Source: Callorhinchus milii
Lineage: Eukaryota
Reading direction: 5' to 3'
Assembly (NCBI RefSeq): GCF_018977255.1
Contig: NW_024704742.1
Location: forward strand, 12,340,001-12,404,000
DNA: 64,000 nt
Position numbers and translations under genes: made by a program. The first letter of the stretch is position 1. The number at the start of each line of letters is the position of its first letter. This document shows positions 24,601 to 36,600 of the stretch, piece by piece. The notes beneath the pieces were generated by a model, which saw nothing but the letters and a program-made list of their open reading frames with translations, did not search any database and was not told the DNA's origin.

Positions 24601-27600
24601 AAGGGACAGACTTTACAGAGTTAAAATATTCAGGCGTAGAACTGAGAAAGGAGCAGTGCTGGAGGACATTAAGACTCTCTAGAAATGCAGTCATTGAAAT
24701 TTGAGGGTCTGTATGACTTAACCTGTTCTTTTTGGTGCCTATGAAGGTCATAGTTGCTAAAGCAATTCACCAGTGGTTTGTTTCTGTCACTTGCAGAGGA
24801 TATCTTCGGCATCAACCAACGAATTATCTTAATCACTTGCATTCAAGAAGTGACTGTTGCCCTTGTTGACCGATCCCTTCTAATCAATCAATGTACTAAT
24901 AGTTTCTTTAAGAATGTCTATTTAAATCGCAAATCATTTTGCCTTTGGTCACCCGGTAACCTCTACAATAAAGCAAGCGATATTACCCGAGATTGGGAGC
25001 TGGCCATGCTTCCTCAAATCTCGATGTCTCTCTCTTTTCTCGTCCAAGACGTAGGGGTTTCCCAATATTCTTCTCGTCCCAGACGTAGAGGTTTATGATG
25101 TTCCTTCTTCTTCGATGTGGATATTACCTCGTCCCAGTCGCAGGGGTTATCCGATAGTTCGTCAGATCTGCAAGTCTGCTGATCAGTTGGTCTCCAGGGT
25201 CAATCTCCCGAACAAAGGACTCACAAAAGTTTTATAGTCCCAGATGACCTTTGATCACGTGACTCATTTGTTGACTCTGCAAGACCCTGCTCAATTCCAT
25301 ATTCGGAGTTGTTTTGTTCCTTTGCCCAAAACTGATCTGACCAATTTCGTCTGGGTTCTTCTGTTTGTTTCGTCTGGGTTCTTCTGTCTGTTTCGTCTGG
25401 GTTCTTCTGTCTGCTCGCCATGCACATTGTTCAATAGTAACCTTTTCTTCATTCTGCAACACCCTGTTTCGTGGGCCAATTGTTTTTAACTATGTAGAAC
25501 AACACTTATAGAAATGGTAACATTTTTAAACCATTCCTGACTTCACAAGGGTTAATCTTATTGTCAATCTTACCGCAAATATTTCTGGACCAGGTGTGCA
25601 GATATTTTGTGTTGTATAACAAAAGCTCTTGTATGTTTGTGTATAATTCCTAGGATTGGCATGACTTAAGTATTGATGTCCCAGAATTGGCGAAGGAAAA
25701 ATTAAGAGCCACTAAACATTAAAACATGAACATCTTCTATCTGGAATTATACTGACACTAAAATACCTTTCTCTTTCTCTCTCTCCCTGACTCTCTGGCT
25801 CTTTTATTCTTCCTCTAACATTTTTATCTCTCTTTCTTACTGTTTCATTCTCTCTGACTTTATTTTTCTCCATCTCTCTCTCTCACTCCCCATCTCTAAC
25901 AAATCACAAAATAGACTCACTTGCCTTGAGTTGCCAGTTCATTTAAATGTTTCACAGCATCACAGCTCCACTTTCCTTCTCGATCGGGCACCCATGTGGA
26001 TGGTTATTGTACAGATGCACATAATTCTATTGTAAATGCTGATTTCCAGCCAAAACTGAAATGTAAAGGAAACACCAGATTAGTTGCTACAACAACAACA
26101 ACTTGCATTTATATAACGCCTTTCATGCAGGATAGCGTCCCGGAGCGAATCACAGTGGCGCATTCTGACAATGGAGGGCACAAAGGTGAAACAGGATGCC
26201 CGAACCACCCAAGTGGAGGTAGTGGGTGGTGGAGTGGGGGGTAAGCAGATCGGCTAGGTAGTGAGGTGCTAGGGCATGAAGGGATTTGAAATCGAATGAG
26301 AGGATCTTGAAATCGATCCGTTCGGTGATTGGGAGCCAGTGGAGCCTGGCAAGTTGCTGAGTGCAATAAATACAGAGACTTGGAACCTATAAACTTCTTA
26401 GCAAGAAAACACTTGTTTTAGTAGGGAGGACACCCAAGTAGGGTGAATTAAATGAAAGGAGGAGCATTTGAAGGAGAACAAATAAGAAAAAACACAAATG
26501 GAACCAACTGGAATAGAGTTCTGTCTGAGGTAATAATGTATCTGCCAGTTCAATGAAACTTCCTATTTTCTTTGTTTTCATTGTGTTGTTTTTTGTCTAT
26601 TAACAGCAATGATGCCACTGAAAATGAACAAGTCGCACAAGTGGTTGACTCAATGGTGAACAATCCTGGATTTGGAACACGATGCATGAACAATGATCCA
26701 ATACCGTAAGCCTAATAATTAAATCATGTCTATGTAACTCCATTCCTTTGGAAGTCCCTTTGGAACTCCATCGCACATTCCCTTCACCTCGCCCCTCCTT
26801 GCCTCCTTCAAGGTGCGTCTCAAAACCCTCCTCTGTGACCACGCCTTGGGCCACCCTCCTAACCTCCCTTCCCTTTACCCTTTCCGATCCCGACACCCAG
26901 TTCGGGTCCAAATCCCTGACTGTCCTGCACCTTGGGACATTCTCTCAACGTGAAAGGCGCTATACGAATTCATACATTTGTAATGGATTGTATGTAAGAG
27001 TTCACCTGTGTATCTGTGATGTGCATATATAATTGAATATAATAACATATAATTGAAACAATATGCAACTAATTGAATCGGTGCAGCTGATAACCCGTAA
27101 ACAGAGTAAAAAGTACATTGTAGATCTATTCATACCAGACATGTTGCTAGAAAAATGCAAGGAGTGAAAACGATGTGTAAAAATGAACGTAACTGTACAC
27201 TCCAATGTATAAAGTGATGTTAACAAAATAGGAATCCACTGTGTTTAAAGTCATTGGAAATGCATCATCAGATAAAGTAAAAATGCCACCAACTGATGCA
27301 CGCTCTTTTAAATATGTTTGCCTAGGAAACTTCCCTGCATGAGCAATGATATGGCCTGGTACATCCCACCAGTACCACCATCTGTCAATGATACACTTAT
27401 GAATGGTAATTGGAGTATGGCAAATCCCTCCCCATCGTGTCAATGCAGCACTCCAGAGAAGATCATCATGTTGCCGGACTGCATCCCTGGTGCTGGAGGG
27501 CTGCCACCTATTGAGGTACAAGATCTATATTACACCTGCCTTTTTTGACTTTGGGTTGTTTCAATGTAGAATCTAAAAGATAATTGTTTCAACTGCAAAA

Positions 27601-30600
27601 CTTGTGTAAGTAAAGGCCTGCCTCTATTGATATATTCAGAAGGTAAGTCAGAATTAGAGGGAAAAATTCTATACAGTGTTTGTAGCTGTTGATAATTGAT
27701 TATCAACTGATTATAAGAGAAATAATAAGTTGGTCACTCAATCCACGACGATTTGTGGTACACTCCTGTGTGAAATTTCACCCACAAAATATACATTGAA
27801 TTCACTTTACAGTATATTCTGTGAAGCTTGTCAAAGACGTGATAAGGCACAATATCAAATGCAAGAATTATTATTAATATAAATTTAATCATAGAATATC
27901 TTTTCAAGATCCTTCCAGATTACTTGGTGAAGAACTGGGGAGCTATGGAGTTCCGACAGAATTGTGACTACAATTGCGGATACACATGTCCAGCTCCTGT
28001 CCCAAACAGCACTCTAGAAACACAATTTCCAATGACATTATATTGTGCAGGTGCCACATTAAATTAAATTAATGAGGGAGGTGCCAAATATTCTTAGCTT
28101 GAAAAGGATGGAAAAAAAATAAGAAAAAATCGAAGCATTTTGAGATGAAAAGGCAAAGGGTTTCATAGGCTCTTTTATTCATTTTTATTTTGTTGATAAT
28201 TAATGTACTCACACATAATAATAATATTAATAATAATTCTTGCATTTGATACAGCACCTTACCACGTTCTTCTAGACGTCTCAAAGTGCTTCACAGAATA
28301 TACTGTAAAGTGAATTGACTTGACTGTACATTCTGTGGGCGAAACACGGCAGCCGATTGCGCACAGCGATGTCCCACAAACAATCGTAGATTGAATGACC
28401 TAATTATGATTATGTTATTTATTTTGTGAAGGGATTATTACCCCTGGAACTAGCAGATTCCTTCATGTAACACGTGGAGTCCTGTAGCTCAGTGGTTAGA
28501 GCACTCGCTTTGCAAGCAAGAGACCTGAGTTCAATTCCAGGCAGGGCGAAACCTTGGGCAAGTTTCCTTACTCCACACGCCTAATAATAATCCCTCCAAA
28601 AAAAAAAAAAAAACAATAATTAAATTGGTCATTTTCAATCTATGACTGTTTGTGGGACATTGCTGTGCGCAATTGGCTGCCGCGTTCGCCCACAAAATAT
28701 ACAGTCAACTCACTTTACAGTATATTCTGTGAAGCGCTTTGGGACGTCCTCCCGACGTGAAAAGCGCTATATCAAATGCAAGGATTATTATTATTATTAT
28801 ATATTATTTCTATTTAAACTTGTTATACTTCTTTGAATAATACCATTTTTTATTTTGTTACAGTAGCACAATGTACTAGGATTTTCTCAATGTATATATT
28901 TGGCAGTTGTAACTCCCATTTCTCTATTGAAAAACTATGGCATATCATGATGAATATTTGTGAATATTTCACAATGCATGACTTGAAAGCAAAATCACTA
29001 GTACAGCACAAAACACAAGAAGGTATGTCAGGTACAGGGGACCAGAAGCAGGTTCAAGTTTGTCTCTGAGAATATTTATTTTCTTGGAAGTAAATGATGA
29101 CTTCAATGCCACTCACTGTTGAACAGTTCTTCTGTCCTGTCCATTAGTGTTTTTTTTTGCTATTCTCTGAGATAAAAAGCATGTTTCCATATATAGGGCA
29201 GGAGTGTCCAATTTATAAATGGAAAGATTAAGTGGCGAGATTGTTCATTGATGCCCATTGTTTGCTACATTGGCACAAGCAATTTGGTTGTGACCACATC
29301 TTATTTTCCCACCAGCAGAATAATAGCAAACAGTCAGACTTCTTCTGCAGTAATTGGAAATAAAGTAGTATGTTTGCATTAGTTAAAAAACAGCACAGAC
29401 TTTATTTCTATGTCTGCATTGAGGGATAAAATGTAATATGGCCAGAAAATGGGGTGGAGCATCTTGGTGAAGAATGAACTTGCACATCAAATTATCTCAC
29501 TTAACTCACTATAACCACTGATGTTGTGGAGTGTGCATTGTTTTATTACTCCACATCTAATACTAAATGCATTGATTGCACTCTCTCTTAGTAAATATCT
29601 TTAGATTTAATGTTGTAATGATATGTTTGCACTTTTATTATCCTACGGGTTATTCTTTTTATATATGGTCAAACATGAATTAAGAAATGCCAAGTATGTC
29701 TGGAAAAACAAGGCAAAATACTGCAGATGCTGGAAATCTGAAATAAAAACAAAAGTCACCGGGAACACTCAGCAAATCAGGCAGCATCTATGGAGAGAGG
29801 AAAGTGGTTTAAAGTTTCAAGTCAATGACTTTTCGCCATCTCCATAGATCTGCCTGACCTGAGTGTTCCCAGCGACATCTGTTTGATGTCTAGTTTGGTA
29901 TCACAGCAACAATGTTCATGTTTCAAGCAGTACTGGAAATGGAACGTTTGTCACACGTATGGTCATAATGACAACTGGCAACAGCAATGCTATGGATACT
30001 TCCTGCAAAATAGTCTTGTAGCAAATGCCAGGCTGACATCCACATGACACCATAGAACTAGTAAAATTCTATCTTAGAGCTACATACATGCCAATCATTT
30101 AATTTTGATGGTGGTATGCTTTTGCTTGTATTGCCAACATTTTTCATGTTGATTTGCACACTTTCTCAAAAAGTTTGCAGTTCCTGTAGTGCTACTGCAA
30201 TAACCACATCACGAGCCTACAGGAAGCCATATTAAACGTGTTAGATGTAATACTGAACATTTCTGAACGAAGAAATTCTATAATGAAAGCTGATCAACTG
30301 TGTATAAACATAAAGGAGTATAAAACACCATAATAATAATAATAATCCTTGTATTTGATATAGCGCTTTTCACGTCGGGAGGACATCCCAAAGCGCTTCA
30401 CAGAACATACTGTAAAGTGAATTGACTGTATATTTGTGGGCGAACGTGGCAGCCAATTGCGCACAGCAATGTCCCACAAACAGTCGTAGATTGAAAATGA
30501 CCAATTTATTTTTGTTTTTTGGTTTTGGAGGGATTATTATTAGGCTCTGTGTGGAGTAAGGAAACTTGCCCAAGGTTTCGCCCTCTGCCTAGAATTGAAC

Positions 30601-33600
30601 TCAGATCTCTCGCTTGCAAAGCAAGTGCTCTAACCACTGAGCTACAGGACTCCAGTAGTTTAGCTTGCATGATATTTCTGAAGTTTTTTTTTTTAATTTT
30701 TTTTAAAAATTACCATTTTTGGTAAAGATGTTTGCATTATGTGATCAGGCTTCAAGGGAACACATTACCTTGGTTTGCTGTAGTTTCTTAACTGAAAAGT
30801 ACATCTGAGAAACGACACCTTTGGGATTCATTGGGCACACTCAGCAGTAGTTGAAGCAAAACATTAAAACTGTTCATTGAAGAGTTATGTTCAAGGGGCT
30901 GTTGGTAAGACTTCAAGTCTTGTGCTCCACAGAGGATGGGCATTGATGGGTTTCTTATCTGTGAACTGAAAAGAAATGTTTTCATTTTAAATATTTGTTT
31001 CCTTGGTGGACAACACTCAGTGTTACACCTATTTCTGCTGCCAGTTGTGCTGTGCTCCCACATGTACTGACAACAAAAACAAAGATTACTTTTGTATAGC
31101 ACCTTTCACGTCGGGAGGATGTCCCAAGGTGCTGGACAGAGTACAGCATTTCAGACCCGAGCTGGGATCAGGGCGGGAGTAGGGAGGGGAGGGGAAGGGG
31201 GGTGGCCGATGGCATGGTCAAAGAGGAGGGTCTTGAGCCGGGACTTGAAGTAGCATAAGGAAGGGGTGAGGCAGAGTGACTGGGGGATGGAATTCCAGAG
31301 GTTGGAAAGCCTTCCAGTGACTGAAGGCTCTGCCGCCAATGGTGGGGTGGGTGGGTCGAGGGACGTGAAGCAGGCCAAAGCCGAGGGGGTTAGGAGGTCG
31401 CAGAGGTAGGGTGGGGCGAGGCCATGCATCTGAATGCTAACTACAATTAAGCCAAGTCACAGATATGAAAAAAAACTCTTCTCGGGTATTGGGACAATCT
31501 CCCGACGTGAAAGGTGCTATACAAATGTAATTTTGTATTTTATTGTATTGTATCAACATGTAAAATGTCTATCCCTTCCACTTTTCTTCCTAAATGGGAC
31601 GTGGGGTTCGGTAATATATGATTGTGCATAGTTGAAGCTTGTTATCTTTTGTCAAGCGGATAGATGCACTCTACTTGAGATCACTCCAATTACATCCCAT
31701 CATACAGCCAAACCTTAATGCAGTGTACCTACCCTACATTTCTCAGATAATTTTGAATGATATGACATTTAGGAATTTTACCCATCCTTGTCATTTGGCC
31801 ACATCATTTTATTGTGATCAAGTATAATAATAGCTCTAGTTTTGCCATCCCCCAAATTCTTTGTGAACAATATGAACAGCAGGAGACCTAAGGCAAACAT
31901 TTTGCTTGTTACTATTTCCCAGATGGAACCTTGTTCAATTATCATAGCCTTATGCCTTTATCACTAGCTTGAGCCATCTATTGGAATACCATCGTTTAAT
32001 CTAACCAGCCAATTTGTCATTAATACTAAAGACTTTTATCTCATTCAGAAACTCCAGCTGTGGTTTTTGAAATGTCATTTTGAATCCAATCATATTAAAT
32101 TAACTTGGATTTGCCTCAACCACTAATTCAGTAATGTGCTAGAAGAGCTGGATGTGCTTCATGAGGCATGACCCCCTAACTTCTAAATCCATGCTATCTG
32201 GCCATTATGGGCTCAAGGTTTGCTGCATAAAGTAATCTCAAGTATTTTTCCAATTACTATTAGATTAATGAACTATAGCTCCCTCAACATGTCATTTTAT
32301 TAAGCATCAGAATTGCATGAGCTACTTTAAGATTCTTGGATACACCCTCTGTATTTATGAACGAATTACACAAATTACAGCAGATCATTCTATAAAGTTG
32401 AGGTTGCAAAAGCACTCAAGTGATAAAAATCATTTTGTTCCCAGTGCTGGAAAAGGTGTCTCACAAACTAATATCCATTTTCTGCGGGAAATCTCCTTCC
32501 TCCTTGTTAAGTCAACTCGCAAGACATCATCTCTGGGCCGAGATCAGCTAATGAGATACAAGTATGATGTACAGGAGATTACCACAGAAAACAGTACGCA
32601 TCACAATGACTTGACAAGAACTTTGCAAGTAGTTTGATGTTTACGTTTCTTTTCAATTTGAATCCCTGAAAAATTCTGTGCACAAGATCACAAGGTTAGA
32701 TTGGACGAGGAAGGCTCTCGGCCCATCTGATCTCATCCTTAATATAATAATAATAATAATAATCCTTGCATTTGATATAGCGCCTTATCACCTCTTCAAG
32801 AAATCTCAAAGTGCTTCACAGAATACACTAAAGTGAATTGACTGTATGTTTTGTGGGAGAAACGTGGCAGCCAATTACGCATAGCAGTGTCCCACAAACA
32901 GTCGTGGACTGAAGTGACCAATTTATTTTTTTTGAAGGAATTATTACACACAGAAAAGCGATCCGCCAATTGACTAACAACCGGGTTCCTACTTATTGCT
33001 AGGTAAACAGAGGCGTGTAGAGTAAGGAAACTTGCCCAACATTTCGCCCTGCCGGGATTTTAACCCAGGTCTCTCATTTGCGAGGCGACAGGACTCCATA
33101 GGTATCATTCCCGAGCATCCTTCCATCATAGCATTGTGCTGATTCTCCTGCTGATCAGGTGATGGTCTGATTCCATCCTCCCTTCCATTTGCCCTTTGCA
33201 GCATCAAGCCATTTCTTAAATGAGTTCTGTGGAGTTAACAATAATAATACTTGGGTTTTCTACAGTACCTTATCAAGACAGGAATACCTCAAATGTTTTC
33301 AAGGTCTTCTGTCAATTGTAGCAACTGTATGTGTATTGATAGACAAACATGCCTGCCAATTTACAGAGAGCTGCGCTCCACAAACAACCATGAAGTGAAT
33401 GACCATTTTTATGTGGTTTATTATTGGTTAGGACACTGAGAGAAACTCCCTTTACTTTTCAGTTAATACAACAGGTCCTTTAATGTCCATCTTATGTCAG
33501 GTCCTCATTTACATCTCATCTGAAGGATGGGAGTGGTCTAATGTCAGCCATGACAAATGTCCCAATGGGGTGCTGGTACCTACAACTATCTGATTTGAAG

Positions 33601-36600
33601 GCAAGAGTTCAACTAACTGACTCAAGTTGAAACCAAACAGATGTTCTAGTCTCCACCAATCTTCCTGGCAATCCATTCCAGCTATTCGTTTCCCCCTATC
33701 TAAAGAAATACATTGAATAATAGCATATTATAACACAGAATCAGGCCATTTGGCCTATTGTGCCTATGCCAGCTCTTTGGAAGAGCTATCCAATCAGTCC
33801 CACTCCCTCACTCTTTCCCCATATTCTTGCAATTTTTTCCTTTTCAATTACCTATCTAATTCTCTTTTGAAAGATTTTATTGAATCTGTTTCCAGCACAC
33901 TTTCAGTCAGTGCATTCCAGATTGTAACAACTCTCTGTGTAAAAAATATTCTGCTCATCTCCCCTCTGGTTCTTTTGTCAATGATCTTAAATCTATGTGC
34001 CCTGGTTACTGAACCACCTGCCAGTGGAAATAGTTTCTCCCCATCTATTTTATCAAAACCCCTCATAATTTTTGAACACCTTTATTAAATCTGGTAATTT
34101 CTGGTAAATGTCCTCAAATTGCATTTCACAATCCTCAACCCATATCTTTTTATCCTGATGCACTGGCATATATGAAACTATTGCTCTAGATTTGCCTTCT
34201 CAATCCCATTTAGAATCTTATATATCTCTATATGGTTCCCTCTAAGATGTCTCTTTTTCAGGGCTGAAGAGCCAGAGGAGATTGAGGCTCTATCAAGATA
34301 CCATTTTTGAACTGGTAGCAAAGGTCTTGAGGGTCCCTTAGATTTCCAGAACAGGTCTACCTGTGAAGTTCATAACTAAACCCATGAGTGAGTGTGTGTG
34401 TCTGATTAACTGATTAACTGATCTTTTATGAGTTCTCGGATTGCTGAATTGCTGCATTTACAAGTGAATTGTTTATGTTATCTAGCATTGACTAGAGAAC
34501 TGTGTTGATTAGAATTCAAGATTTGACTGCTGCACTGTTCTACAAGGAGTAGGTTACCATCATTTCTACAGAAATGCAGAATACCTGTTGCAGAAACAGC
34601 AGCAGATTTGTGAATGTAGTTCCTCCCCAAAAGGTCTTGGCATCAGCAAATGTGCACTATACAGTTTAGGTAGTTTACATTCAATCCTACAACCACTGAA
34701 GCTTCTAACTCACCACAGGTGATGTGCAATACAGAATCTTACTTGTCAATACACAATTCATAGAATCAACATGTCACTATTTTATCCTCAGCCAACCACC
34801 TCTGACTGCAGCATTTGAATATAATAATTGTTGCACTTCACATACTCCAAGCTGGTTCTCAAAGCATTGGGTCAGGCCTTGGTATCACTGGCCATTTATT
34901 GCTCATTCCAGAAGCAGCCCTACTGATGCAGTTCCAACCACACAAGACAATGTTTATGAACATTGGGATTGTGAAGTAGTGATTCCCATGTCTTGACAAT
35001 TTTATATTGATAATCAAACAAACTGATAACAGCTATTCTGCACCTCTGTGGAATTGCAGAATTGTGCAGAAGTCAAATCTTGAATTCTTCTCAACACATT
35101 TCTCCAGTCAATGCATGAATAATGACCCACTGGAGTTGCAGGAACTGTATCCATTACACCATTGCGGTTGCCCCCAATTTTACTGTTAATGGTCTTCAAC
35201 AACAACAACAAATTATATCAAGAGAATGTCCCAAGGCGCTGGACAATCAGGATTCCTCACCCAAGCTGATAGTTGAGATTAGGAGGGGTGGAGTGCGGGG
35301 ACGGAATGCAAGTTGAATGCAAATGATTTTAATAATAATAATAATAATCCTTGCATTTGATACAGCGCTTTTCACGTCTTCTAGACATCCCAAAGCGCTA
35401 AATAATTTAATAATAAATTGGTCATTTTCAATGCACGACTGTTTGTGGGCCACTGCTGTGGGCAATTGGCTGCCACATTTTGCCCACAAATATATGGTCA
35501 ATTCATTTTACAGTATATTCTGGGAAGCGCTTTGAGATATCTAGAAAACGTGAAAAGCGCTATATCAAACGCAAGGATTATTAAATTAATGCCATAGAAT
35601 ACTTGGGATTTTGTGCATGCTGTAGCGCTTGTTACATTACGTACTAGTGTACTCTGTACTCTGAACTGTGGACAGGAAGATAGTGGCAGTGCTTTTATGC
35701 ATGTCATGCTGAGCTGTGCTGCTCACAAGGAAGGTCATAATGGAATGATACAAACACAGTACATGAAAGCAATGCCATGATCTTCCTGCCCAAAGTTCAG
35801 ATGTATATCCCTACCCATTGAGCCATAACACCATATATCAATGGAAGATTCAATTAAATTAGTCTTGTCTTTCATAAAATATATGACAAATTTTCCGTTG
35901 ATTCTCTGTGGTTGCCTGGTAATTCCAGCATCTTTTGTTTGGAGGGAATAGAGTTGTTTTACTTTGAACGTACTTGCACAAAATAGGCATGAGCGGTTTT
36001 TCCTTTCTTCTCTTTTCGTGTTATATTTAGCTTTCATAAATTGGAGTAATGTTTCAGCTCCTAAGAATAGCAGGATACTCAATTTGTCCCTGGCATTAAT
36101 TAGTTGGCACCACACATTGGCACACTTTTGTGGATGACCTAGTCATTCATTCTTTTCTTTCCAGTTCCAGCTGTGCCCGAAGCTTACAGAATAGGCTATT
36201 AAATGATATTATATGATATTATATGATATTATATGATATTACATGATATATAGGCTCTTATATGATATATTATATATGATTATATTATATGCAGAATGGG
36301 CTGCAGAATAGGCTGTTATATAACCTCGACACTGCTTTCACTGTTTCCTACAATAATGTTTAGGAAGTTTCTGGTTGGGCATTCGCTTTAACAAAGAAAA
36401 TCAGTTTCTTTAATAAATCAGTTAATCAGGCACACACACTCTCTTTACCTTCATATCATATAGGTATGAAGAATTCTGGATCCACAATGAGTATATTTTG
36501 TGGGCAAAACTGTATATATTGTGTGGTACTTTCAGTCACTACAGAGTTTGCAACTCAGTTGTTATTAATGACTAATATTATGAATCGCTTCGATTTAGAT

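Noticed and set aside
25345..25413. Direct repeats as a CRISPR array
   Set aside because: Head-to-tail with no spacers, no cas genes, eukaryotic intron.
36464..36490. ag-GTATGAAGAATTCTGGATCCACAATGA-gt, resembling a microexon (YEEFWIHNE)
   Set aside because: It lies upstream of the 95-nt exon, the wrong order for the missing microexon; splice signals are weak and the flanking exons already join in frame.
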